Below, piece after piece: positions 40,218 to 50,020 of a stretch of 64,000 nt of DNA. Every line of letters begins with the position of its first letter. The first letter of the stretch is position 1. The position numbers were made by a program, and so were the translations under genes. This stretch comes from Pseudomonadota bacterium. GTDB taxonomy: Bacteria; Desulfobacterota; JAPLJL01. The notes under the pieces are model-generated. The model saw only the letters and a program-made list of their open reading frames with translations. It did not search any database and was not told the DNA's origin. Location: contig JAPLJI010000004.1 of assembly GCA_026388655.1 (NCBI GenBank), forward strand, positions 1,543 to 65,542, in the 5' to 3' direction.

Positions 40218-40264
40218 AAATTCCGTTCGTAGTATTTTGCCTTGAATCGGGGAAAGGTTTAAAA

Positions 40265-41140
40265 ATGAAAGAGAAATTAAAAAGAAAATGGTTTCCCGGG
40301 ATATTTGATTTCATCAATTTTAAGCCCCGGAATCCCCGTCTCCTCAAATATGTTTTTTACCCGCCGGGGATGAGGTTCGGCTTCAAGATGCTGGCCCGGA
40401 TGTTCAAGGCAGCGAACCTGCCGCTGATCAATCGGATCCATCCCTGGGTGAGTAATGAAAAAAACCGTCTGTTTATTATTCCGGTGCAGGAGACGCTCGA
40501 ACTCGGGGAGAGCGTGACCGTGCCCTACCAGCTGGTGGAGACTTTCATCGAGAGGTCCTCCTACCGTGTGATCATCGATTTCTGTGCCTGCCGGAAGGCC
40601 GGCGAATGCCAGCATTATCCCAGTGACTTGGGCTGCTTGATCATGGGCGAGGATTCCCGGAGGATTCCCACCACCTGGGCCCGCCCGGCTTCAAAGGAGG
40701 AGGCCCGGGAGCACCTCCAGAAAGGAATCAAGGTCGGCTTGCCGGTTTTCGCCGGCAAGCCCCGGGTGGATAACTATATCTTCGGGGTGCCGGATATGGG
40801 CCGGATGTTCAGCGTCTGCTTCTGCTGCGAGTGCTGCTGCCTCGGGAACACGATCAACCGTTACCTGCCCCCGGAGAAGCTGAGAATCCAGTACAATCGG
40901 CTTCCGGGCCTCGAGATCTTGGTGGATCAGGAAAAGTGCACGGGGTGCGGTACCTGCGTCGAAACCTGCCCCCTCGGACTTATCAGGATGGTGGATAAAA
41001 AGCCGCTGATCCCCGACGACTGCCAGGGCTGCGGCCGCTGCGCCAAGTACTGCCCCAACAAGGCGATTCACCTGAAGCTCGATAACCCCGGCTACCTGGA
41101 AAGCGCCATTAAAAACCTGGAGTCAGTGATTAAAATTTAG
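40265..41140 (+). CDS. Cys-rich Fe-S protein, CFCCECCC family (paralogue 2)
   Basis: Start set to ATG 40265 (GGAAAGG RBS; ORF 40214 begins with TTG). Motifs DFCACRKAGECQHYP, CFCCECCC, CTGCGTCVETCP, CQGCGRCAKYCP. Confidence 0.65.
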   Translation: MKEKLKRKWFPGIFDFINFKPRNPRLLKYVFYPPGMRFGFKMLARMFKAANLPLINRIHPWVSNEKNRLFIIPVQETLELGESVTVPYQLVETFIERSSYRVIIDFCACRKAGECQHYPSDLGCLIMGEDSRRIPTTWARPASKEEAREHLQKGIKVGLPVFAGKPRVDNYIFGVPDMGRMFSVCFCCECCCLGNTINRYLPPEKLRIQYNRLPGLEILVDQEKCTGCGTCVETCPLGLIRMVDKKPLIPDDCQGCGRCAKYCPNKAIHLKLDNPGYLESAIKNLESVIKI

Positions 41141-41223
41141 TGCCGGAGTTGTTGGCGGGGCCCCGGATGTTTCCGTGATGCCCCTGCCCGGCGGATCCAT
41201 ATTTTCAGGAGAGGAGAAAGAAA

Positions 41224-42054
41224 ATGGATGCTGTCCCTTTGACCAAGTTGGACGAGAAGATAGCCAAGTTCTCCAAGAATCGAACCGTTCTGCGGACCAT
41301 GCTGGCGGTGATCAGGTCCATCTTCCGGGTGATCTCCCTCCCGGGAATCCGCGACCGGCATTCCTGGGTCCACCCGGAAAAGAACATGTCCACCGTCCTG
41401 CCGATTAATAAAGAACTGAAACAAAACGGCGTTCTGGTTCCCGTCCCGATCGTGTCCGAGCTGATTAATAAATCATCCTACCGCATGATCATGAATGTCT
41501 GCGGCTGCCGCCAGGCCTACGACTGTAAAAACCATTCCGCCGAGATCGGGTGTTTGTTCATGGGAGAAAGCGTCCGGAAAATCCTCCGCGGGCTCGGCCG
41601 ACCGGTCTCCCGGGAAGAGGCGATCGCGCACCTGCACCGGGCGATCGACAACGGCCTGGTCCCCGCCGTCGGCAAAGCGAATGTTGACACCTTTCTTTAC
41701 CAGCTCCCGAGCGACGGAAAATTCGTCAGCGTGTGCTTCTGCTGCCACTGCTGCTGCCTGGGCGGCGCCTTCAAGAACCTCCCTGCCGAGCACTTCAACC
41801 GCATCTCCCCCCGGCTCGAAGGACTGAAGATCGAAGTGACCGACACGTGCACCGGCTGCGGGACCTGTGTGGAATATTGCCTCTACGAGGCCATTACGAT
41901 TGAGGACGGCCGGGCCGTTCACAGCGAGATCTGCCGAGGCTGCGGCCGCTGCGCGACTTACTGCCCCGCGAACGCCGTGAGCATCTCCCTAAATAATTCC
42001 CATTTTAAGGATGATGTTCTCAGTCGAATCAGCCGTTATGGGGATGTGAGTTGA
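41224..42054 (+). CDS. Cys-rich Fe-S protein, CFCCHCCC family (paralogue 3)
   Basis: 276 aa with the same architecture (CGCRQAYDCKNH, CFCCHCCC, two ferredoxin motifs). GGAGAGGAG RBS. Confidence 0.65.
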   Translation: MDAVPLTKLDEKIAKFSKNRTVLRTMLAVIRSIFRVISLPGIRDRHSWVHPEKNMSTVLPINKELKQNGVLVPVPIVSELINKSSYRMIMNVCGCRQAYDCKNHSAEIGCLFMGESVRKILRGLGRPVSREEAIAHLHRAIDNGLVPAVGKANVDTFLYQLPSDGKFVSVCFCCHCCCLGGAFKNLPAEHFNRISPRLEGLKIEVTDTCTGCGTCVEYCLYEAITIEDGRAVHSEICRGCGRCATYCPANAVSISLNNSHFKDDVLSRISRYGDVS

Positions 42055-42126
42055 AAAATCGGTTTTTTCCCTTCTTTATCCATTTGCTCATAATTTGTGG
42101 TCATAAATTCTGATTTTTGATTTATT

Positions 42127-43008
42127 TCACCTCCACTCGATGCTGGGCCGGCGGCGCTCCACCAGGCGCCGGAATTTCACCTCCTGGTATCCCAGGGTCA
42201 TGACCCCAAAGCAGCGATGATCTTTAGGGAGTCCCAGAAATTTCTTCAGCTTGGGATCGTACTTGGCGGAATTTTCGATGAATCCGTTAAAGCAGACACC
42301 CACCCCCAGGCTGTGGGCCATCAGGGCGCAATAATTAATGGCGGCGACGCAGTTGAAAGCCGAGCTGGAATCCCAGGCGGGAGCATGGACCAGGATTACC
42401 GCCCGCGCGTTCCAGAAGGCCCGGTCCACCCCGCTCTTGGTCGACTCGATCACGGACTTGGCCGCCGGGATGTAATCCTGCAAGAACTTGACGGTCTTGC
42501 GCCCGAGGATGAAGCCGGCGTAGAAGGCGACGATCGGGTTGCTCATCATCCCGAAGGCTTTCTCCATGCCGCTGACCGTAATCTCTCTGAGTTTGACGAT
42601 TTCCCGGGGATCGGTGAAAACCAGGTAATGAACGTTCTGGCTGTTGCTTCCGGTCGGGGCGTACCTCCCGGCCTCGATGATTTTTTCCAGGACCTCCCGG
42701 GGAACCGGCTCCGGCCGGTAAAAGCGCACCGAACGGCGCTCCCGGAGGAGCTTTAAAACAGCCTCGGGGTTAACGGCCGGACCGGGGCCCGTGGTTAGAT
42801 GGCTCTCCACCTTGGCTTCCGGATGGAAAATGGCCTCGGTGGGGCAGACCGCTCCGCAATGCCCGCAGGCGACGCAAAACTCCCTTCGCTCGACGGCGGC
42901 GATCTTGTTTTGCATCCCCAATACCAGAGCGGGACAATACTTCACGCAGAGGCCGCAACCAGTGCATTTCCCGCTGATTATCTCCGGCGGGGGTGGGATT
43001 CGTTTCAT
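42127..43008 (-). CDS. Ferredoxin-nitroreductase fusion protein (N-terminal 2x[4Fe-4S] plus nitroreductase-fold FMN domain)
   Basis: 293 aa, CTGCGLCVKYCP and CVACGHCGAVCP motifs, then a nitroreductase-family region (RRSVRFY..., RYAPTGSNSQ). Confidence 0.75.
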   Translation of the reverse strand: MKRIPPPPEIISGKCTGCGLCVKYCPALVLGMQNKIAAVERREFCVACGHCGAVCPTEAIFHPEAKVESHLTTGPGPAVNPEAVLKLLRERRSVRFYRPEPVPREVLEKIIEAGRYAPTGSNSQNVHYLVFTDPREIVKLREITVSGMEKAFGMMSNPIVAFYAGFILGRKTVKFLQDYIPAAKSVIESTKSGVDRAFWNARAVILVHAPAWDSSSAFNCVAAINYCALMAHSLGVGVCFNGFIENSAKYDPKLKKFLGLPKDHRCFGVMTLGYQEVKFRRLVERRRPSIEWR

Positions 43009-43363
43009 CTTATTCCTCCTTATCTCTATTGGGTGAGATTAATGTTTAAGGGAATAATACCCATCGCCCAGTTTTAATGGAAGATGGGATCTTCCCTTTA
43101 CTATTGCCGATTGCAGATTTCGGAATTTAGAAATACGATCATCAAGATTTTTTTAATGTCACTTCTACGAAACATATCCTCGAAGCCTTTAATCGGGGAG
43201 CAGAAATCCAGGGGTCAGGGATTAGAATAACTTCTGGATTCCTCCCGCCAAGCCTGTCCCCGCAGGTCTTAAGCGGGGAGCGGGACGGGAATGACAAACC
43301 GAAACGAATACCTCTTATTCAAAATCCAATGATGAGATAATTTCACCTGATTAATTTCTTTTC

Positions 43364-44089
43364 TCAGGTGAGCAGCTTTAGCGCGAGGGATAAGGTTTCC
43401 TCGGCCTCGGATTCGCTGGCCACCCCCAAGGCCACGCCCGCCACCTTTTGGCTGGCTACCCAGGGAAGCGATTCGGTGGGCGGGATTTTTCCCGCCCCCA
43501 GAATCTTCTTGGCCACGATCGGGCATTTGAATTTTTTGATCTCCTCCAGAAGCTCGGGGAGATTCCCAATCATTATCCCCCGCGGGTTCAGGGGAACCAT
43601 GAGCATCTGGAAATCCAATTTGCTTTCCACCAGCGCCCGGAGGGTGGGAACAGCGCGGTGAACCGCCAGCCCGGGTATAATCCCGGCCTTCCGAATCAGC
43701 GAAAGGTGTCCGGAGATCATCTCGAAATCGAGATGATCCGTTTCCATCCCGTGCAAAAGAGCGACCCGGGCGTTTACGCGAAGCAAAAGCTCGATCCCGC
43801 TTTCCACCTCGTTGGGGACCAGGGTCCCCACCACCACCGGCTCGATTCCCTCCTGTTTCCTGGCGTTTTCAATCGCCTCGATGACCCGGGGGAAAGCCAC
43901 CGCCTGAATTCCCCTTACCCCGATTTTCCAGGCCTTAAGAATCAGATCGACCATATTCTCGGGATGCTCGTAAAAATGCTCGAAATATTCGGGCGCCCGG
44001 GAGCCGAACTGCCCCGCCCCGAGGAAAGGAGAAGTCCCCAGAAGCACCCGGGGAATCTGTTGTTTGGAAATCTGAAAAAATGCCGTCAT
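43364..44089 (-). CDS. Hypothetical protein (possibly TIM-barrel like)
   Basis: 241-aa ORF with good codon periodicity. No family recognised with confidence. Confidence 0.4.
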   Translation of the reverse strand: MTAFFQISKQQIPRVLLGTSPFLGAGQFGSRAPEYFEHFYEHPENMVDLILKAWKIGVRGIQAVAFPRVIEAIENARKQEGIEPVVVGTLVPNEVESGIELLLRVNARVALLHGMETDHLDFEMISGHLSLIRKAGIIPGLAVHRAVPTLRALVESKLDFQMLMVPLNPRGIMIGNLPELLEEIKKFKCPIVAKKILGAGKIPPTESLPWVASQKVAGVALGVASESEAEETLSLALKLLT

Positions 44090-44854
44090 CCGTAAGTTAA
44101 GAGTTTTGAGTAGAGAGTTAAGATGAAAAATTGTAAAAAGCTTCTTACATACTGATTGAATTTTTAATATTCAATTTACATAATCAATAAATAAATATCA
44201 ATATTTTCCAGGAAAAATAAATGCTTACGATGGGCCCCGCAGCCAGTATCAACCCTTCGACTTCCCTGGTCTAAAGACCGGGGTATGCTCAGGGTTGATA
44301 CTGAGCGGCGCCTTTTTTCCTTCAGGGTGAATCCCCTCAGGATAAACCCTGCCCTCAAGGACGGGGTTTGGGCGCCGTCGAAGTATCAAGATTCCGGCGG
44401 CGGGCCAGAGGCTTTCCGGGAACCAGCCCCATTTTTTCCCCTCCCTCAATATGTAGGGCCTGTTCCCAGAACAGGCCGTTATGAAAGCCGATCCCCTTTT
44501 CTCCCCTCCCTCGATGGGAGCCACCCCACTTTCTCCCCTCCCTTGATGGCCTCCGGCTCTGTAGAGCCTCCGGCTCGGAGAAGAGGGGACTGAGGGGAGG
44601 GTGTGAGGAATTTATTGGCTTGTTTCCAGCACGATAGGTGGAAGCTTATCTTGAACCAGACTTTTCTGTCTGAATTCGAAGCTTGTTGCCTCTTTTCTGC
44701 TGCGGGATTCTTAGGAAACTACTGTTGGGCTGGTTGATCAGATTGCGAAATTTCCGTAGCCGTATGGTCCTTCATTCATTCAAACCTATTTTGGCCCCCT
44801 ACACATAAGTCCATATTTCAATTAGGTCCCCCAAATCAATTCTGGCGGGGTCGG

Positions 44855-45937
44855 TTGTTGACGCCGGGGGCAGGGCGTGGCAAAGTTGGCCCAATGAGTG
44901 AAGTGGGACGGATGGTGCGGCAAGCGATGTGGTGGGCCACGTGGCTTTCTCTCGCCACGACAGGATGCGGTGGATCGGGTAACGACCAGCGGACGCCTGA
45001 CGCCGGCCAGGGGTTCGGACACAACAGTCCCCGGCCCGATTGCCACTATGCAGTGGATCCGAGTAGGGTGCCCTACGCGATGCCGCAGGTCGTGGCAACA
45101 GCCTGGGGTGCACCGGTCAAGTTACCCACCCTGAACACGCCTTGCCCCGAGGACGCTATCGAAATCAGCCGCGACGGTACGACGCTCTACTTCTATTGGT
45201 CTCCGACGGTGAACGCCTCCTTCGATGAACGGCTCAACGGCACCACGGGCACCTACTACGCGCAGCGGGTCGCCGCCGACTTAGGATCCTTTGCCAATCC
45301 ACGATTCTTTGACCTTCGCAGGGGTGTATCGGGCGGTGCAAGTGACGGTGAGGTGAGCTTCACTCCGACCGGGGAGTACGTGTATTTCCACTCCACTCGA
45401 TCTGCGAATACCGGCTACCGGCAGTCGCCACCTGTCGATGACCCCATGGACATCTACGTTGCGCCAATCGTCAACGGCGAACCCGGCCCCGCCGAGAATC
45501 TCGGGGAGGTGGTCAACTCGGCATACCTCGACGGCGAACACTGCCTCAGCCCTGACGGGACCAAGCTCTACCTGGCGTCCACGCGCCCCGGCGGCCTGGG
45601 CGGGGCCGACATCTGGGTGTCTGCGAGGGCGGGGAATGCCTGGAGTGAGCCTGCGAACCTCGGAGCGCCGATCAACTCGACTGGCGGCGAACTGCAACCA
45701 GCGTTCGCTGCGGATGACCCAAACACTATGTTCTTCGTATCGGACCGCGACGGGCCGGCCAGCATCTACAAGGCCACCTTCGACGGCGCGGTCTGGAGCG
45801 CTCCCGTGATGATGCTTACCGGATATGTGGGCGAGCCCTCTCTGATGACCGACGGAAGCGTCATGTACTTCGTGCACGTGCTGGTGGACGACAAGGGCGT
45901 CTTCGGGTCAGATATCTGGTATGTGAAGCGGAACTGA
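44855..45937 (+). CDS. PD40 (TolB-like beta-propeller repeat) domain lipoprotein
   Basis: 360-aa ORF. The true start is probably an internal Met (MVRQAMWWATWLSLATTGCGG, signal peptide plus lipobox-like). Repeated PD40-like units (SPDGTKLYLASTRPGGLGGADIW). Confidence 0.55.
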   Translation: MLTPGAGRGKVGPMSEVGRMVRQAMWWATWLSLATTGCGGSGNDQRTPDAGQGFGHNSPRPDCHYAVDPSRVPYAMPQVVATAWGAPVKLPTLNTPCPEDAIEISRDGTTLYFYWSPTVNASFDERLNGTTGTYYAQRVAADLGSFANPRFFDLRRGVSGGASDGEVSFTPTGEYVYFHSTRSANTGYRQSPPVDDPMDIYVAPIVNGEPGPAENLGEVVNSAYLDGEHCLSPDGTKLYLASTRPGGLGGADIWVSARAGNAWSEPANLGAPINSTGGELQPAFAADDPNTMFFVSDRDGPASIYKATFDGAVWSAPVMMLTGYVGEPSLMTDGSVMYFVHVLVDDKGVFGSDIWYVKRN

Positions 45938-46195
45938 CTCCGTCGTTGATCCCGGCACCGACCTTGCGGACATTGAACCTCAGGCGGGCTCTCTTTCGCC
46001 GGTGTGGTTCAGCCGCGGAGCCGAGAGCTGATATTGCCCCCGAAAATGGGCACACGACTAAGCACATTTTGCCATCGCCGATGACTCATACTCAAAAGGT
46101 GTAACGTAATCGAGTGTAGTATGGAGCCTTCGGGAATTATAGAAAGATTCAATATACTCGAACAATACTTTTCGCAAGAAATTCCAAAAATTCCA

Positions 46196-46262
46196 GGGTC
46201 AGGTCTTTATCTTGCTATTTGCGATAATTTTCTCCACCTTCTTCCGAAACTTCAAATCCTCT
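46196..46262. repeat. Copy 1 of a roughly 70-bp direct repeat (caggtctttatcttgctatttgcgataattttctccaccttcttccgaaacttcaaatcctc)
   Basis: About 88% identical to 48623-48690 in the same orientation. The two copies bracket the OYE reductase gene. Confidence 0.7.
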
Positions 46263-46459
46263 TCCACTTTCCTCTTCATGTTGCTAACACACCGGCTCCC
46301 CCGGTATACCCCAGACCGAACTTCTCGCCAATTACCTTCTATCTCAATCCCAACACCCGCCGGGATAAATAAATCGCCACCCGCCGCGCCTTGCTCGTCT
46401 TCCAAACACCAAAGTAAAGACTTGACCCTAGAATTTGCCAGAATTTCGCTACTTCTGAT

Positions 46460-48397
46460 TCAGATTTTTCTCCCGACGTCAAACCCTTCCCGGATCGCCT
46501 GGAGGACATCCCGGGGCGACGCGCAATCGCCGATCCGGTAGATCTCGGGAATCTTATCCATAAGTTTCCAGAAAAGCCCGTCGTTCTGCCGGTTGGCCTG
46601 GATGACGATCAGGCTGTCGATCTTTTCGATGTTCTGGGTGAGTTGGGTGAAATTGTTGCGCACAATAAGAGTGTCCCCGGTGAATTCCAGGGCCTCGCTC
46701 GACTCCATAAAGGTCACTCCCTTGGTCAGCATCCGCATAAACATGATGGGGATCTCGGTGATTCCCAAGAACATGCCGGGGTAAGGGAGGGGCGTCACCA
46801 GAGTAACTTTCTTTTCCATTCCGGCGAGGTGGTCGGCGAGGGTAACCGCCTGCTGTTTGAAGACGGTGTCCACGATCACGACGTGCTCGCCCAGAGGGAC
46901 GTTCTCCCACAAAACCTGGACCAAGTGATGCACGTTGGGAAGATCTCCGCCGGGAAATTCGGGTTTGGTAGGAAGGGACCCGGTCGCCAGGACGACGGCA
47001 TCGGGCGATTCCCCGAGGATGACACGCTCGTCCGCTTCTTTCCCCAGAACGATTTTCACTCCGAGCTTGTCGAGTTGGAACCGGCGCCATCGGATAAGCT
47101 CGTTGAACTCGCCCCGCTCCGGGATCCGGGTGATGATATTCACCTGCCCCCCCAGGTCCTTCTCCTTTTCGAAGAGGACGACCTGGTGCCCCCGCTCCGC
47201 CGCCGTGCGGGCGGCTTCCATGCCGGCCGGACCGCCGCCGACCACGACGACTTTTTTCTGTTTTCGCGCCGGAGCGAACGTGGTTTCCGCCTCCCGGCCC
47301 ACCCGGGGGTTCTGCGTACAGGTGATGGATTTGAGCCGGAATCCCCTTCCAATGCATCCCTGGACGCAGGCGATGCAGTGGCGGATCTCGTCGAGCTTTC
47401 CCGCCTGGGCTTTTTTCGAAATCTCCGGGTCGGCGATCTGGGCCCGGGTCATCACCACCAGGTCGGCGTGGCCATCCTCGAGGATCTTCTCCGCCTGGAC
47501 CGGGTCGTTGATCCGGACCGAGGCGAAGACGGGGATTTTCTCCACCGCTCTCCGGATCGCGGAATGAAAGGGAATGAAGAATCCCAGGGGAATATACCCG
47601 GGGCCGATGACCAGCCCGTAATGCGCGAACTGGGAGCCGGCCGAACAATTGATGTAGTTCACCTTCCCGGTGGCTTCGAGTGTCCGGGCCACCTCCTGCA
47701 TTTTTTCGTTGTCCATGCCCCCGGGGTGAAGATCGTCGCCGCTGATGCGGAACCCGAGGGCCATTTCTGGACCGATTTCCTGGCGGACCCGGTCGATAAG
47801 TTCGAACGCGAACCGCATCGGCTCGCCGTATTTGTCTTTTCGCTGGTTTCCCCAAGGCGACCAGGACTGCTGGATCAGGTAGCCGTGCGTCCCGTGGAGT
47901 TCCACCCCATCGAGTCCTGCCTCGCGAGCCGTCCGGGCGAATACCGTGAAGCATTCAATGATGTCCCCAATTTCCTTCTGGGTGAGGACCATCGGCCTTT
48001 CCCGGGTGGAAAAAGAAGGTATGTCCGAGAAGGATTCCAGCGGGGTTAAGTTCTGCGTGCTGTCCCACTCTTTGCCGTGGTGAAAAAGCTGGATGAAAAC
48101 TTTTGTCCCGTGCTCGTGAAGGGTCTCCGACATCCGGCGCAGGCGGGGGAGGAGCTCATCCGGGGGGAGGAGCGGCTCGTTGCCGAAGATCAAGTTGGAA
48201 GGATGCACCGGGCAGGCCCCGATGACAATCAGCCCGCATCCGCCCTCGGCGCGGGCCCGCATATATTCGATATATCTGTCTGCGGGAAGGTTGCGTTGAA
48301 AAAATCCGAAACCGGTTTCGTGACTGCTCATCACGATCCGGTTTTTTACCTCTACCGGACCCAACTTGATCGGCGAAAAGAGATGGTCGAATTTCAT
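46460..48397 (-). CDS. Old-Yellow-Enzyme-family NADH:flavin oxidoreductase fused to an FAD/NAD(P)-binding domain (2,4-dienoyl-CoA reductase-like)
   Basis: 645 aa with an N-terminal OYE TIM-barrel (HGTHGYLIQQ) and a C-terminal pyridine-nucleotide-disulfide-like domain (VVVVGGGPAGMEAA). Confidence 0.85.
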   Translation of the reverse strand: MKFDHLFSPIKLGPVEVKNRIVMSSHETGFGFFQRNLPADRYIEYMRARAEGGCGLIVIGACPVHPSNLIFGNEPLLPPDELLPRLRRMSETLHEHGTKVFIQLFHHGKEWDSTQNLTPLESFSDIPSFSTRERPMVLTQKEIGDIIECFTVFARTAREAGLDGVELHGTHGYLIQQSWSPWGNQRKDKYGEPMRFAFELIDRVRQEIGPEMALGFRISGDDLHPGGMDNEKMQEVARTLEATGKVNYINCSAGSQFAHYGLVIGPGYIPLGFFIPFHSAIRRAVEKIPVFASVRINDPVQAEKILEDGHADLVVMTRAQIADPEISKKAQAGKLDEIRHCIACVQGCIGRGFRLKSITCTQNPRVGREAETTFAPARKQKKVVVVGGGPAGMEAARTAAERGHQVVLFEKEKDLGGQVNIITRIPERGEFNELIRWRRFQLDKLGVKIVLGKEADERVILGESPDAVVLATGSLPTKPEFPGGDLPNVHHLVQVLWENVPLGEHVVIVDTVFKQQAVTLADHLAGMEKKVTLVTPLPYPGMFLGITEIPIMFMRMLTKGVTFMESSEALEFTGDTLIVRNNFTQLTQNIEKIDSLIVIQANRQNDGLFWKLMDKIPEIYRIGDCASPRDVLQAIREGFDVGRKI

Positions 48398-48622
48398 GGT
48401 TCCTCCTTATCATTTGCCGGCGCGGGCCTTCGGGATGTCCTTTACTTCTTGACATTTAAAGAGATTCAACCCCTCCGGTAAATCCGCCGACTGTGAAAAA
48501 ATCCCTTTCCCTCGCAAAACCGTTCGCGATACCGCGCTCTGCTCCAAACCAAGTTCCCGGGCCATATCAACATTTCGCATCCACCTCACCAACTCTCCCG
48601 CCTCCACTCCATAAGAAAATTT

Positions 48623-48690
48623 TAGGGACAGGTCTTTACCTTGGCATTTGCGATTATTTTCTCCTCCTTCTTCCGAAACTTCAAATCCTC
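48623..48690. repeat. Copy 2 of the roughly 70-bp direct repeat
   Basis: See 46196-46262. Confidence 0.7.
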
Positions 48691-49060
48691 CTCCTCTAAT
48701 AATTGTTTATTATGATAAACAATTTACATCAAAATTGTTTACCTTGATAGATTTTTTAAAACAATCGTAAATAATGCCGGTGTGAGTAGCATTTATATAG
48801 ACCGTTGCTAACCTCTCGATATGTCATTCCTTCATTTCATTCAGGACGGCGCCTGAGTCCTTCGCTCTTTGTCATCCTGAGCACATTCGCTTCACTCAGT
48901 GTAAACTCCGTGAAGGATCTCGAAGGGCTCAGGATAAACCTTGCGGTGAGCGAAGCGAATCTGTTCGCGAAGGATCTGGTTTTTCGGATTTCTCCGACAG
49001 AAGAGAGATTCTTCGCCCCTCGAAAACATTGGGGCTCAGAATGACATTTTTCCTGAAAAT

Positions 49061-49897
49061 CTATAATCCGAACAATTTGACCGCGTTGCCCCTCAGGATT
49101 TTTTCTTTGGCTTCCCCGGCCAATGACAATCCTTGGATCTTTCTAAGCTCCGTATCAACATCGTAGGGAATATTGGGAAAATCGGTGCCGTAGAGAATCC
49201 GGTCCTGGTGTCTGACCAGGTACTTCAAGAAAGATTCCGGACCGGGCACGTCGGGGAAAAAACCCGAGAAAACCATCGTGTTGTCGGTGTAAAGATTTTT
49301 ATACTCGTCCATCAGGGCGAAACATCTCTCAAATTCGTCGGCGCAGAAATGGGGGACCACGCACTTCATTCCCGGGTAGCGTTTTAGCATTTTCTCCAGA
49401 AAACCCGCTCCCGAGAAAGCGCTGGTGATATTCGAGTACCCCCCCAGATTGGGCCCGGATCCGGCATGGATAACCAGAACCTTGTCGTTCTCCGCAATCG
49501 TATCGTAAATCGGAAACATTCTTTCGTCATCCGGGCTGATCGCGATCACGTGGCAGTGAAGCTTAACCCCCTTGAACCCTTTCTGAAAACACCTTTTGAG
49601 TTCACCTCCGGGATCCTCGTCCTCCGGGTGAACCGCGGCGAATGGGATCACCTCCGGGTACTTGTCTTTGAATTCCGCCGTCCACTCGTTAATCATCCGG
49701 GAAATACCCGGCTTGTGGGCGTAGTTGTAGCAGACGAATCGCTCCGCCCCCATCTCCTTGAGCAATTTAACCAGCGTATCGGTCGGCAATTTGTAATTGA
49801 TATTCCAGGCAAAGGTGTCAAACCACTTCCAGATGGATTTGAAAATTCCTTCCGGGAAAAAGTGCACGTGGGAATCTATGAAACCTTGTTCAGCCAT
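49061..49897 (-). CDS. Amidohydrolase-2 family metal-dependent hydrolase (TIM barrel)
   Basis: 278 aa with an N-terminal IDSHVHFF metal-binding motif. Confidence 0.75.
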   Translation of the reverse strand: MAEQGFIDSHVHFFPEGIFKSIWKWFDTFAWNINYKLPTDTLVKLLKEMGAERFVCYNYAHKPGISRMINEWTAEFKDKYPEVIPFAAVHPEDEDPGGELKRCFQKGFKGVKLHCHVIAISPDDERMFPIYDTIAENDKVLVIHAGSGPNLGGYSNITSAFSGAGFLEKMLKRYPGMKCVVPHFCADEFERCFALMDEYKNLYTDNTMVFSGFFPDVPGPESFLKYLVRHQDRILYGTDFPNIPYDVDTELRKIQGLSLAGEAKEKILRGNAVKLFGL

Positions 49898-50020
49898 TTT
49901 CAGGTTCAGGGTTCACGGTTTGAATATGTAATGTCATTCCTGCGGAAGCAGGAATCCAGTTCTTAAAAACATTTAATTTATTTGCTCTGGATCCCAGCTT
50001 TCGCTGGGATGACGATCATA

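Noticed and set aside
44249-44593. Small ORFs in the 44100-44850 spacer (91 aa, 102 aa, 60 aa)
   Set aside because: The region is made of CCCTCCCTCGATGG-type and other repeats with no RBS or start context and low-complexity translations. It is treated as non-coding islet flank.
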